Positions 1 through 10,022 of a DNA stretch of 64,000 nucleotides are shown here, in pieces. The DNA lies in assembly GCA_963662335.2 (NCBI GenBank), contig CAXXVD010000002.1, positions 96,001 through 160,000 on the forward strand, in the 5' to 3' direction. This stretch comes from Chloroflexota bacterium. GTDB lineage: Bacteria; Chloroflexota; UBA11872; VXOZ01. The first letter of the stretch is position 1. Each line of letters begins with the position of its first letter. The position numbers and the translations under genes were made by a program. Below the pieces are notes generated by a model, which did no database searches, was not told where the DNA came from, and worked only from the letters and a program-made list of their open reading frames with translations.

Positions 1-29
1 GCATCTATCCCGGCGGCGCGCTCACCACC

Positions 30-1382
30 ATGACGAAAGCCGTGAACACGGAAACAACAACCCAGCTAGGCGCGGTAAAGCGGGTCCTCGCCCTGAGCTA
101 CCCGCTCATCGTCGCCAACCTCTCGCAGATCGTGCTTGGGCTCGTCGACACCGCGATGATCAGCCGCGTTTCTACCGAGGCGCTCGCGGCGGCGGCCGTC
201 GCCGCGTCGGTCAACATCGCCGCAAGCATGCTGTTCGGCGGCTGGGCGACCGCGGCGCAGGTGATTGCGGCCCGTCGGTTCGGCGAGGGCCGTCAGGCGG
301 CCGTAGGGCAGTTGCTGGATATTTCATTGCTCGTAGGCGTCGGCGCCGGCATCGTGGTGTTGCTGTTCTTGAGCATCGGCGCGGGGCCTCTGCTCGCTGC
401 GTTCGGATTGAGCGAGGCGGTGCGGGCCGAGGGCGTGCCGTATCTCCGCATTCTCGCGTTGGCCGCGCCGCTCGCGGCCGTGACGGCAATGTTGCGCGCC
501 GTCTACGCGGGCGTAGGGGAAACCGGCGTGGCGATGCGTATGACGCTGCTCGTAAACGTGATCAATATCCCGCTGAACTATGTCCTAATCTTCGTAGTTG
601 GCTGGGGACTCATGGGCGCGGGTATTGGGACGGTAATCGCCGTAGCCGTCGGCTGCGCCTACATGGGCCAGTTTGGGTGGAGACGGTTCAGGGACACCTA
701 CGAACTGTTCGGGTTCCGGCGCCTGCGCCACCACCGGCAGGTGCTGCCGCGGCTCTGGTCGATCGGCTGGCCCGAGACGGCCATGCTCTTCCTGGGCTAC
801 GCCAACAACGTCCTCGTGCTCTGGATTGTCGCCGCGCTGGGGACCACCGTCATCGCCGGGATGCAGGTCGTCACGAATGTGCAGCAGGTGCTCTGGACGA
901 TGGTGTGGGCGCTCTCGAGTGGCGTGTCGATCCTCGTCGGACAGAGCCTTGGCAGCGGCGATGAGCGCGCCGTGGCGCTGACCGAGCGCGCCGGGCTGCT
1001 GCTGATGGCGGCCTTGCCGGCAATCTTCCTGGCGCCGGCGCTTGCCGCGCCGTCTCTCATCCTGCACCTGTTGACCCCCGACGGCGGCGTGGTAGCGGAG
1101 GCAAGCCGCGCCCTGCCCTTCCTGGCGCTGCAAGTGCCGTTCATGGCTTCCAGCATGGTGCTGGCCGCGGTGCTGCGGGCCGCCGGCGACTCCAAGTGGG
1201 TGCTCTACGCCTCCACGGCTTCCAGCTATCTGGTCATGGTGCCGCTGTCGTGGCTGCTCGCCGGCCCGGTCGGCTGGGGACTGCCCGGCGTTTACGTCGC
1301 TGGGATGGCCTTCTTCGCGGCGCGGACCGCCGTATCCTGGTGGCGCTACCGGCAGGGAGCCTGGCGGACGGCGGAAGTGTGA
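30..1382 (+). CDS. MATE family efflux transporter
   Basis: 450 aa, about 12 hydrophobic segments; N-terminal 'LSYPLIVANLSQIVLGLVDTAMIS' and internal two-fold repeat ('GVGETGVAM'/'AAGDSKW') typical of MATE. Confidence 0.9.
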   Translation: MTKAVNTETTTQLGAVKRVLALSYPLIVANLSQIVLGLVDTAMISRVSTEALAAAAVAASVNIAASMLFGGWATAAQVIAARRFGEGRQAAVGQLLDISLLVGVGAGIVVLLFLSIGAGPLLAAFGLSEAVRAEGVPYLRILALAAPLAAVTAMLRAVYAGVGETGVAMRMTLLVNVINIPLNYVLIFVVGWGLMGAGIGTVIAVAVGCAYMGQFGWRRFRDTYELFGFRRLRHHRQVLPRLWSIGWPETAMLFLGYANNVLVLWIVAALGTTVIAGMQVVTNVQQVLWTMVWALSSGVSILVGQSLGSGDERAVALTERAGLLLMAALPAIFLAPALAAPSLILHLLTPDGGVVAEASRALPFLALQVPFMASSMVLAAVLRAAGDSKWVLYASTASSYLVMVPLSWLLAGPVGWGLPGVYVAGMAFFAARTAVSWWRYRQGAWRTAEV

Positions 1383-1407
1383 GTCGTCAAGATGGCCAAG
1401 CTCATTT

Positions 1408-1539
1408 GATGTGGCGCGACTGAAGACCGGCTCCGGCGCTACCGGCCCCTTCAGCGGCAGCCTGAGCGACGCGCGGCTATCCAACCGGGGCTTGAGCGAC
1501 GCGCACGTGGCGGCAATCTTCGCGAGACTCCGCATTTAA
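1408..1539 (+). pseudogene. possible remnant of a LamG/concanavalin-like domain C-terminus
   Basis: Frame reads 'GPFSGSLSDARLSNRGLSDAHVAAIF', resembling the LamG end motif F.G.LDDVRIYNRALS..E; no convincing start or RBS. Confidence 0.25.
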
Positions 1540-1630
1540 GGCGACGGCTCGAGCCTCGGCAATCCCGCCGGATGCCAATGTGGGTCAGTCTGCGCCCGCA
1601 TCCCAAATGGGATAGTCCGGCCGGTCGTCG

Positions 1631-2014
1631 TCACGTCTGCATCATCTGGATCAGGTTGCCGCAGGTGTCGTCGAAGACGGCAATCGTGACGGCGCCCATA
1701 TCGGTTGGCTCCATCGTAAACGTCACGCCCAGTGACTTCAGTTTCTCGTGTTCCGCATGGATGTCCGCAACGCCAAAGGACGCCGCCGGGATGCCTTGAT
1801 CGAAAATCCCTTTCTGATATGTTTGCGCCACCGGGTTTTCATTTGGTTCAAGCAGAAGCTCGGGCCCATCCGGGTCATCGGGCGAGACGACGGTAAGCCA
1901 CTTGAATTCCCCCACCGGGACGTCATGCTTCTTCACGAAGCCGAGGGTCTCCGTGTAGAACTTCAGCGCTTCGTCCTGGTCGCTTACGAAAACGCCGGTG
2001 AGTACAATGCGCAT
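1631..2014 (-). CDS. VOC/glyoxalase family protein
   Basis: 'VFVSDQDEALKFYTETLGF...WLTV...FDDTCGNLIQM' VOC motifs. Confidence 0.9.
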   Translation of the reverse strand: MRIVLTGVFVSDQDEALKFYTETLGFVKKHDVPVGEFKWLTVVSPDDPDGPELLLEPNENPVAQTYQKGIFDQGIPAASFGVADIHAEHEKLKSLGVTFTMEPTDMGAVTIAVFDDTCGNLIQMMQT

Positions 2015-2041
2015 CTCTGGCCTCCTTTTCCCTGCGTAGTG

Positions 2042-2314
2042 TCACTTGAGCCATCGGTTCACGGCAGCCCTGAGGGGTTCATCGTTGAAGACAAGCAGCC
2101 GGTACTTGCCGCGCTTCTCCGAGCGCACGAGCCCCGCTCTTTCCAAGACATCGATGTGCTTGGCCATGGCCTGCCGGGAGATGGCGACTTCATGCCGCAT
2201 GATCAAGCGCGCCGTGAGCTCGTAGAGCGTCTGCTCGTTGCGCTCACAGAGCTCGTCGAGCATCAACCGCCGTGTTGGGTCCGCGAGCGCCTTGTAGAGC
2301 AAGTCTTCGTCCAT
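2042..2314 (-). CDS. ArsR/SmtB family HTH transcriptional regulator
   Basis: 'KALADPTRRLMLDEL...ISRQAMAKHIDVLERAGLV'. Confidence 0.9.
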   Translation of the reverse strand: MDEDLLYKALADPTRRLMLDELCERNEQTLYELTARLIMRHEVAISRQAMAKHIDVLERAGLVRSEKRGKYRLLVFNDEPLRAAVNRWLK

Positions 2315-2322
2315 GCACGCCT

Positions 2323-2352
2323 ATCATACACAACCGTATGGTTGCATGTCAA
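2323..2352 (-). promoter_or_regulatory. sigma70-type promoter with an ArsR-type operator palindrome
   Basis: Minus strand TTGACA-N18-TATGAT; CAACC-N4-GGTTG inverted repeat in the spacer; 8 nt to the ATG (near-leaderless). Confidence 0.6.
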
Positions 2353-2487
2353 ATGAAGATTCTCCAGGCTGGCAGGAACCATAGCCCCAGCCACTGGCAG
2401 GATTGGGTGAAGGCTTCGAACAGGTTGAGGTGAAACCGGAAGAGCCACAAGTCTAGTAGGTGGCCGCCGGCAAGTCCTAGACTCTGT

Positions 2488-3168
2488 CTATTGCCACAGA
2501 TCGGGATCGGGTCGCTTCATCAGTCCGTAGCCTAGGTAGCCGTACCAGATGACCAGGAGCACGTAGAAGCCCCGGGCCAGGGAGATGAAGGTGTCGCGGC
2601 CGTCGTCGTTGAGAATGGCGATCATGAAGAAGACCATCACGGCCAGGCTGACGAGGGCGGCCAACAGGGAGATCAGCCGGTTGAAGTCGTCTCTGGTGGA
2701 GAGACCCAGGGCGAAGATGCAGCCGCCAAACCCGAGGGCGATGCCGCCGGCGTAGAGAAGGCCGAAGGCGGTGTTGTAGACCGGAACGCTTTGCGTGATC
2801 TGGTCGCCGGTTTGGGCATCGGCCAGAATGAAGTCAATGCCGCCGGAGAGAATCCAACCGGTCAGCCCGACGAAGATCATGAAGTAGCCCATCTGCACAA
2901 GCGCCTTGCCGTTGCCCTGCAAGGTCACGTTGCGCATGAGCGCGTAGAGGCCCGAGAGGATGAGCGTCAGGCCCAGGATTATCGCGATGTTGGTCACGTT
3001 GGTCAGCGTGGCGTTGGCGCTCTTGGAGGTGATGGCGCCAACGGCGTCGGACACGCTGGCGCTGTCGATCAGCAGTCCGCCCGGCTCTACGAGAAAGAAG
3101 ACGAACGCGACTAGCGGACCGAATATGAGAGACAGACCCGCCAGCCGATTCACCGATATGGTGCCCAT
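2488..3168 (-). CDS. multi-pass membrane protein (DUF4386-like), paralog 1
   Basis: About 6 TM segments; 'FLVEPGGLLID' shared with 'FPGGPVFD'/'FPGGPLID' of 3345-4103 and 12881-13639; start set at the second Met (3168). Confidence 0.6.
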   Translation of the reverse strand: MGTISVNRLAGLSLIFGPLVAFVFFLVEPGGLLIDSASVSDAVGAITSKSANATLTNVTNIAIILGLTLILSGLYALMRNVTLQGNGKALVQMGYFMIFVGLTGWILSGGIDFILADAQTGDQITQSVPVYNTAFGLLYAGGIALGFGGCIFALGLSTRDDFNRLISLLAALVSLAVMVFFMIAILNDDGRDTFISLARGFYVLLVIWYGYLGYGLMKRPDPDLWQ

Positions 3169-3344
3169 GCTTGAATCTCCTTTGTGCGACGCCATGAGAA
3201 GGACCTGCGGGGTTCAATCCCCACTGGCATACATTCTGACGCCAGCGCTGCGGCATTGCAATAGGAGAATCCCAGCGCTCAACGACGTCGGCGTTGCCGC
3301 GATCTGCGCGAGGCCGCGCCCGCAAGTGGGTGAGGCCGACCAGC

Positions 3345-4103
3345 CTAGCCGGCGGAATCCGCCGCCACAAGCTCGTCGTGGCCCCGGTACATGCCCGCGC
3401 CTACGGCAAACAGGCACAGGGAGCCGATGAAGAGGAAGAGCTGGTTGATCGTGAGATGCAGCGTGACGTCCAGTTCGGGGAGCACCAGCGCCAGAGTCAG
3501 ATTGATGAATGCGCCTGCCCCCACGACAACGAGCCCGTAGCAGGCCAGCATATAGATATTCAGCTTGCTGATTCTGGCCACGAGGCCAAGCCCGACAAAC
3601 GCGGTCCCAAATGGACTCACGATCATAAACGCCAAAATCAGTCCCACCATGGTGACCTGGCTGAACAAGGCGAGGCTGGCGAACTCCGCTTGCAGTTCCG
3701 AGCCCTCCCCGGCGCCGAGGCTCTGTTCCATGAAGTAGGTGGCGGCAAGCCTCATGCCGAAGCTAATGATGAATATGCCCCAACTGAAGAGGCTCGCCAC
3801 GATCCCAAAGCGCAGGAGCGAGGCACTAAAGCCGGCTCCCTGGCCCCGCAGCCGCAAGAGTTCGATGAAGCCATAGCCGTAGAGCAACATCCCTATGATC
3901 ACGCCGATCGTCGTCGCATGGGACAGGCCGGGGCTATTGCCCATCGCGGTGACCGCGGCCCCAAAGTCCGTTTGGTCTACCGTGTCGAAAACCGGGCCCC
4001 CAGGAAACAAGAGTGACGCGAAGAAATTGACGACCACGGCCAACATGATCGCCAGGCCGCCGGCTCTGCCCGCGTTTAACCCGGTTCCAGTCGTTGCGCT
4101 CAT
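3345..4103 (-). CDS. multi-pass membrane protein (DUF4386-like), paralog 2
   Basis: 252 aa, hydrophobic; collinear with 12881-13639 over its full length. Confidence 0.7.
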   Translation of the reverse strand: MSATTGTGLNAGRAGGLAIMLAVVVNFFASLLFPGGPVFDTVDQTDFGAAVTAMGNSPGLSHATTIGVIIGMLLYGYGFIELLRLRGQGAGFSASLLRFGIVASLFSWGIFIISFGMRLAATYFMEQSLGAGEGSELQAEFASLALFSQVTMVGLILAFMIVSPFGTAFVGLGLVARISKLNIYMLACYGLVVVGAGAFINLTLALVLPELDVTLHLTINQLFLFIGSLCLFAVGAGMYRGHDELVAADSAG

Positions 4104-4324
4104 CGGCGATTCTTTTCACTGCATAGGCATAGTGCAGCATGCTACCACAGTGTAGTGTTCTGCGATAGTTGTGGCAAAGTGAAGGAATTGCGCCACCATG
4201 CAGTGACGGGCGCCCGGCACAGGCGGAGACGGACGGGGACGGCCAGGCGGCGGGAGCCGGCCCGGCTTGCCGGCTTCAAATTCCGACAGATAGGCGTCAA
4301 CTTCGTGGGGCGCGTCGCGGCGGG

Positions 4325-4747
4325 CTACCTGCGCTCCCGTTGCTTGCGCAGATACTCTTCCGCTTCGATTTGCTCTGTGGTTATGACCTCGAAGAAGTCC
4401 TCGGCATCGTAGAGCGGCCGGATCTCGATTTCACTCGGCCCCGGCATGGGATTGGGGCAGCGCTTCGCCCAGGCCACGGCCTCGTTCATGTTCGCTACCT
4501 CCCACAGCCAGAATCCCGCCACCAGTTCGCCGACGGCCGGGAAAGGGCCGTCAGTGACCGTGCGCTCTTCTTCGTCGAAGGCCACGCGCTTGCCTTCGGA
4601 AGAGGGCTTGATGCCTTCGCCGCCCCGCAAGATGCCGGCGTCGGCCAGCGCTTGGTTGAAGTATTCCATGTCCTCGATGAGTTCGGCGGTAGGCATGTCG
4701 CCGGCCTCACTGTCGGCGGTGGCCTTTATCAAGACGATTACGCGCAC
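4325..4747 (-). CDS. YciI family (DGPF domain) protein
   Basis: 'TVTDGPFPAVGELVAGFWLWEV...WAKRCPNP...EIEIRP'; GTG start at 4747 behind AAGGA. Confidence 0.85.
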   Translation of the reverse strand: MRVIVLIKATADSEAGDMPTAELIEDMEYFNQALADAGILRGGEGIKPSSEGKRVAFDEEERTVTDGPFPAVGELVAGFWLWEVANMNEAVAWAKRCPNPMPGPSEIEIRPLYDAEDFFEVITTEQIEAEEYLRKQRERR

Positions 4748-4927
4748 GTGCGCTTTCCTTTCGTAACGGCTTTCCCGATGAGATGCGCCTGCTTCAGGAA
4801 ACAATACACCAAGAGAGAGGATGACGTTTCAAACCGTCTAAAGAGAATCTGCATCGGAGTGGGGAACTACATTGCGGCAGAGGAGAATTCGGGAAACAAG
4901 GCCGGAATGCGCAATGGCCTATCGATC

Positions 4928-5070
4928 TCAACTTCCCAGATTGGCACGGACACTCTGCTCGAATTCCGTCAACGTTACGGGAGCGCCGCCGGTCAGGGCT
5001 TCGGTAGCCCTTGCAAGCGTCGTGATGTGCACGTTTTCTCTGACGAGCCTAAAGCGTCTGCCGGCGTCGT
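4928..5070 (-). pseudogene. 3' remnant (about 45 codons) of a second NotI-family endonuclease gene
   Basis: Near-identical to 7988-8130 at a constant offset of 3060 bp. Confidence 0.85.
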
Positions 5071-5134
5071 ATACTCGCCGTTCGGTCTGCGAAAGGGCGG
5101 TTAGCCCCTTGGCGAGGGTGAGAGACGCTGCCGC

Positions 5135-7603
5135 CTACGTTCCCTGCTCTTGGCGCCGGAACACTGCCTCGATTTCATCGTCGAGATCGCTTGCCAAATG
5201 CCGCAGATTCGAGCGCAGCCGCGCGTTCTGATACGCGCCCCAGACCGTCATCGCGGGCGGGACTACCAAGATGGCGAACAACAGAGCGTAGAAGATAGTA
5301 ATCGCCACGGTGAAGGCGAACTGCTGGAATAGTTGCAGCGGAGAGAATATCAGCACGCCGAATCCCAGTCCCGTCGTCAGCGCGGAGCCCAGCAGCGCCG
5401 AGCCGGTGGTCGCAAGCGTCCGCACTGCCGCCTGTTCGGGGTCGCGCATGCGGCCGTACTCCTCGCGGTAGCGATGGATCACGTGGATTGTGTAGTCCAC
5501 GCCGATACCGATTGAAAGCGCCGTAACAATTGACGTGAGAAACGTATAGGGAATGTCGAGCAACGCCATCGTGCCCAGCACCGATACGAGGACAAGAATG
5601 GTTGGCCCCACCGCGATGATCGCCAGGAACGGCTGACGCAAGGTCAGCCAGAAGAAGACTGCCAGAACGCCGACAGCCACAGCGACGGTTATGCCAATCG
5701 ACTCTGTTTGCCGGTCCCTAATCGTGTCGAGGATCGCGAGCATGGTCATCGTTGGAGACGTGGCGGTGATAGCATCGTCATCGCCAACCCAGAGCTCTTC
5801 AACTTCCTCTTGCAACATTTTCGTTGCATTGACATCCCCTGTGAGGGCAGGGAATTGGACGAGCATCGTATCGATGCCCTCCGGATCGACAACCAGCACG
5901 TGCCCTAAAGCGGGATCTCTCGCCTCTAGTCTTTCCAGGAACACCCGCATCAACTCTGCATCGAGCTCCACGTCGGCAGTCGCTTCGGCAAAGAGCGCGG
6001 CCAGTTCCGGGTCGTATTTGTCGCCAGGCTCTCCGCTGTCGCTAATCCAATCGCGGATGAGCAACTCATACGATGCCTGAACCGGTCCCGCCGCCGCGCT
6101 GGGGCGACGCGCCTCATCGTCGAATGCGGCGGTGAGGTCTTGTAGGTTCAATAGCGTGCGCGTCTCCATAGCCTCAGCATAGAGGAGGACATTGACTGTC
6201 TCAGTAGTGCCGCCGAGCGCCTCGTTGAGCGTCTCGAGGTCGGCCCGCACACTCCCATCGTCCGGCAGAAGATCATTGACGTTGAATTCCGCCCTGATGC
6301 CGGCGGCAGAGAAGCCAAGCGCAATCGTTACCACGGCCACCAAAATCAAGTAGGGAGCCGGCGCGCGCGTGACCTCTCTTCCCAATAGTTCGGCCGCGCG
6401 CTCCGCACCGGGAAATGCGGCCGAAATGAGACGGGGCTGTCGCAACGCGCCGCGCGCCGCGCGCCGCCGGTCGATGATCGTCCTGCCGGCGGGGAGCAGC
6501 GTCAGCATTATAAACAGGCTCAGACCCACCCCTAGCCCCGCGACGATACCGAAGTCGCCGACCATTTCAATCGGGGAGAAGAGACCCGCCAACAGGCTCG
6601 CAATCGTCGTCACGGCGGCCAGCACCAAAGGAATCGTGACATTGCGCAGCCCGGTCCGAACCGCGCCCACAACCCGCTCGCCCGCAGCGCGTCGTTCACG
6701 GTAATGCGAAACGGCTTGGATCGCGTAGTCTACCGTAAGACCGAAGATGATTATCGGCACCATCGAAGAAAGGGAGGTTGGTGGACCAATGAGACCCACG
6801 CCTCCCGGCCCGAGCAGTCCCTCGGCCCCAAAGACTCCGACCAGTGACATGATCAGACCCGCAAGCGTAAGCAACAAGTCAGAAATCGCGCGCATGAAGA
6901 GCAGCAATATCGCCGCGATCACCAGGAGTGACAGCCCTATCACCGGCAGCATCCCCTCTTCGATCGCTCTGTTGGACTCGTCTTGGGCTACTGCGCCCGA
7001 TATGGTACTTACGTCCAGAGGCCCCTCATCTCCCACTGCGAGCTCATCGATCCTCCACTCTGCATCCGAAAGCCGTTCGTCTTCGGTGTTGCGTAGGCGA
7101 ATGTGTGCGACCGCAACCGGAGTGCCATCCGAGTCGATCCCGGTCATCGCGGCCAGCGCCTCCCGCACTCTCGGTACTCCTTGGAGAGCGTCGATCTGAT
7201 CCTGGGTAACCGCATCGAGGCTTTCTACTTGAAGCACGGACTGTACCAATGACGTGGGCGCGATGATGGGATCGATTGGCGTCAACAACTCCACCACGGC
7301 AGGATCGCTGACGATATCACCCAGCAGTTCAGACATCTGGGAGAGCCCGCCCGGCGTGAGCGCATTCCCACGAAAGAGGAGCGTTATGGTTGCAACCCGC
7401 CCGGACTCTCCAAAGAGATCATCGACCGCAATCCTCGCTCTGTTGATGGCGCCGTCTTTGGGAAGCGCTGCTTCGAGGCTCCCGGGAGCCACGCGCAGCG
7501 GTATGCCCGCGCCCAGCGCAACAGTAACGATGAGAAGAAAGAGGAGCGTTATCCAGGGACGCGCCGTGACCAGCCGGCTCCACGCGTTGAGCAAATTGTG
7601 CAT
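5135..7603 (-). CDS. MMPL/RND family transporter, copy 1
   Basis: Two repeats with 'GLTVDYAI' and 'GIGVDYTIH'; start at MHNLL (7603) by comparison with copy 2. Confidence 0.9.
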   Translation of the reverse strand: MHNLLNAWSRLVTARPWITLLFLLIVTVALGAGIPLRVAPGSLEAALPKDGAINRARIAVDDLFGESGRVATITLLFRGNALTPGGLSQMSELLGDIVSDPAVVELLTPIDPIIAPTSLVQSVLQVESLDAVTQDQIDALQGVPRVREALAAMTGIDSDGTPVAVAHIRLRNTEDERLSDAEWRIDELAVGDEGPLDVSTISGAVAQDESNRAIEEGMLPVIGLSLLVIAAILLLFMRAISDLLLTLAGLIMSLVGVFGAEGLLGPGGVGLIGPPTSLSSMVPIIIFGLTVDYAIQAVSHYRERRAAGERVVGAVRTGLRNVTIPLVLAAVTTIASLLAGLFSPIEMVGDFGIVAGLGVGLSLFIMLTLLPAGRTIIDRRRAARGALRQPRLISAAFPGAERAAELLGREVTRAPAPYLILVAVVTIALGFSAAGIRAEFNVNDLLPDDGSVRADLETLNEALGGTTETVNVLLYAEAMETRTLLNLQDLTAAFDDEARRPSAAAGPVQASYELLIRDWISDSGEPGDKYDPELAALFAEATADVELDAELMRVFLERLEARDPALGHVLVVDPEGIDTMLVQFPALTGDVNATKMLQEEVEELWVGDDDAITATSPTMTMLAILDTIRDRQTESIGITVAVAVGVLAVFFWLTLRQPFLAIIAVGPTILVLVSVLGTMALLDIPYTFLTSIVTALSIGIGVDYTIHVIHRYREEYGRMRDPEQAAVRTLATTGSALLGSALTTGLGFGVLIFSPLQLFQQFAFTVAITIFYALLFAILVVPPAMTVWGAYQNARLRSNLRHLASDLDDEIEAVFRRQEQGT

Positions 7604-7620
7604 GCCTAAGCCTCTGTCTA

Positions 7621-7800
7621 GAGAACCTCTGATCAAGTCCTTGACATAGTAGCATAGCAAGAAAGCGCTGGATGGAGAGGGCCTGGAACATGGCGCGGCC
7701 GGCGTTTGCCGATCTGGAGTACCGCTGAGGAAGCGCGAGACCCCGGCGGGAGAGGTTCCTGGAACGCATGACGCGTTGCCGCTGGGACTGGCCAATCTAG
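7621..7800 (+). mobile_element. degenerate IS5-family left end with frameshifted transposase start
   Basis: CTAG followed by GAGAACCTCTGATCAAGTC; from ATG 7690, fragments read 'MARPAFADLEYR/RKRET/RRERFLERM', the IS5-group N-terminal motif, with frameshifts. Confidence 0.65.
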
Positions 7801-7987
7801 CGACGGCCGCGCGCTACGCGGCGGCGTGGCACGGGGGTAGTCCGTCCAACACGAACGGAAACAGTACTCCAAGAGAGAAGAGGATGAATTTCACAGCGAA
7901 AAGAATGTCAACGTCGAAGTGGCGAACTGCGCTGGGAAAGAGACCCGTTCGTTCGTCAAGGCCGTGGGGCCCTGAGGCCAAGCAAGC

Positions 7988-8857
7988 TTAACTTCCCAGT
8001 TTGGCACGGACACTCTGCTCGAATTCCGTCAACGTTACGGGAGCGCCGCCGGTTAGGCCTTCGGTAGCCCTTTCAAGCGTCGTGATGTGCACGTTCTCTC
8101 TGACGAGCCTAAAGCGTTTGCCCGTGTCGTCCTCTTCGAAGTCAACGGTGAACCACGCTATATCCCCGTTTGACAGGTCGTCAACCTCTTCCATGCGGCC
8201 CAGAGACGCAAAGAAGTGCTTGTCGACTACGACAGCCATCTTCTTGCCCCAGCGGCGGAGCGTGGGCACTTTGATTTGCAACTGGGGCATCAGCCGCTTT
8301 GGGCCGCTGCTGCGATAGTCGGGCCGCCGTATCTGTCTGGGAAAGGGCGGGCGTTGGCCGGCGTATGCTCTGATGTCGCGGAACTCCTCGTTCATGCTCC
8401 TGCCTGAGAAGTAGACGGCCTGAATCTCCAAGGCGCACCAATTCAGCGCTGACGCGCAAGACTCCCGCTCCACGAGCACCATGTCGATGCGGCCCACGTC
8501 GGCGTTGCTACCTTCTGCCCTCAGGAAGCCAACTTCGGTGGCGATATCGGGTGCGGAAGAGCCCAAGATGGTTTCTCCCACCCACTGAAAGATGGTCGCA
8601 CTCTCTTCGAAGCGTCGTGGACAGAGCACGCGCAGACCGCCCTCAGCGTCCGCTATCGGAACCGCCGCGCCTTCTGCTTCTTCATACAATCCAAATGAGC
8701 AGACGCCGCCTCACTTGGTACAGCGGCCGCCGCCCAAACGAAAGGGGCATGGCTGCGAACCAGCGCCGGCCGCGAACGCCCGCCGTTCTTCCCGCGTGAG
8801 TCCGGCGAAAGCGTGGCCGTACCATTCACCTATGCCAAAGCGCCGCGGCCCGCTCAT
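7988..8857 (-). pseudogene. NotI-family restriction endonuclease interrupted by an in-frame TGA (codon 49, 8711-8713)
   Basis: ATG at 8857 overlaps the MTase stop (ATGA); reads MSGPRRFGIGEWYG...CPF...CTK*GGVCS...LCPRRF...RIDMVLV...LEIQAVYFSG...KRLMPQL. Confidence 0.8.
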
Positions 8858-9810
8858 GGCGTGAGTTCGTGGGACGTGATGAGCAACTCGTACATCACCG
8901 CGTGGTGCGTATTCTTCATAGCTACCTTGGCCAGGTGGAATCCGCGCCTTGCCGCCATCTCGACGACTTCGGGGCTTTCGTCGTACGTCATCATGAAAGC
9001 GCCGCGCACGCGTGACATCCGCGCGAACAGGTCCTCGTGGTCGACTTCGTTGTACGTATACAGTCGTCTGCCCGCCCGCTTGCCGGCAGCGGTGTACGGA
9101 GGATCGATGAAGAACACGGCTGCGGCGTTCTCACTGTACGAGTCAACGATGTTCGCGCCGTCTCCTTGAACGAATTCAAACCGGTCGGCGAAATTCCCAA
9201 TGGCGCGGATGCGCGCCGCCAACGTGGCGGCATACCAGCGGGAGGCGATGCCTTGGCCGTTTTCGCCTTGCTTCATCACCGAAGCGCCCTTCGCCATGAT
9301 GCCGCCCCGGCTGACCCTATTGTGCAGCAGCGTGCGAAAAGCGGCGTCCATGCCCGAGTTTCCGGCATCCTCGAATACCGCGCTCACGTTTTCCGGGGTT
9401 GCCTCAAAGCCCTCGACGCGCCGGGCGAGTGCAGCGGCATCATCGAGCATGCGCTGCCAGAGATTGGCAATGTCCGGATCTATCTCGCAGAGCACGGCAC
9501 GCTCCGCATACCCCTCCATGACCGCCGTCAGGGATGCGATGCCGCCGCCGGCAAAAGGCTCGACGAAGACGTCCGGGCGAGAGTCAAGGCCCGACAGAAA
9601 CTTCCGTATTTCGGGCACAAGCCACGTCTTGCCGCCCGGGTAGCGCAGCGGGCTGCGCTGCGGGACCGACGCGACGTTGACTGCCGAATCGGCTATCACC
9701 GGAATTGCCCGCGAGGCATCGGATTCGTTTCCGGTAGCGGGCCGTCTTCTCGCGCGAGAGTCCGTTCCGGCTTGCGCGACTGATAGTAAGTCTGTTCTAG
9801 GGGGCGCCAT
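8854..9810 (-). CDS. Dam-like (D12 class) N6-adenine DNA methyltransferase
   Basis: 'SPLRYPGGKT', 'EPFAGGG' (motif I), 'FIDPPY' (motif IV). Confidence 0.92.
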   Translation of the reverse strand: MAPPRTDLLSVAQAGTDSRARRRPATGNESDASRAIPVIADSAVNVASVPQRSPLRYPGGKTWLVPEIRKFLSGLDSRPDVFVEPFAGGGIASLTAVMEGYAERAVLCEIDPDIANLWQRMLDDAAALARRVEGFEATPENVSAVFEDAGNSGMDAAFRTLLHNRVSRGGIMAKGASVMKQGENGQGIASRWYAATLAARIRAIGNFADRFEFVQGDGANIVDSYSENAAAVFFIDPPYTAAGKRAGRRLYTYNEVDHEDLFARMSRVRGAFMMTYDESPEVVEMAARRGFHLAKVAMKNTHHAVMYELLITSHELTP

Positions 9811-10022
9811 TGGCGAATCACATTCTCTATCATAGAGGCTCGAGGCGCGCTAGAACTTCGCCCTTGGCTCGTACGCTTGCAAATTCGGGGGTGCTCTCTC
9901 TCATCATCCGTCACACTTGCATTGCAGTCAAGGCGTCGCCGTAGATGTGTCTCATCTGCATCCCACACCAATTCGCAGCTAACGTGCAACTCCCTCAACC
10001 CACAGCGTTTCCAGGCAAAGGG

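Noticed and set aside
8723-8730. GCGGCCGC (NotI site) inside the NotI-family gene
   Set aside because: Expected by chance at this GC content; the partner MTase is an adenine methylase and cannot protect a site without A.
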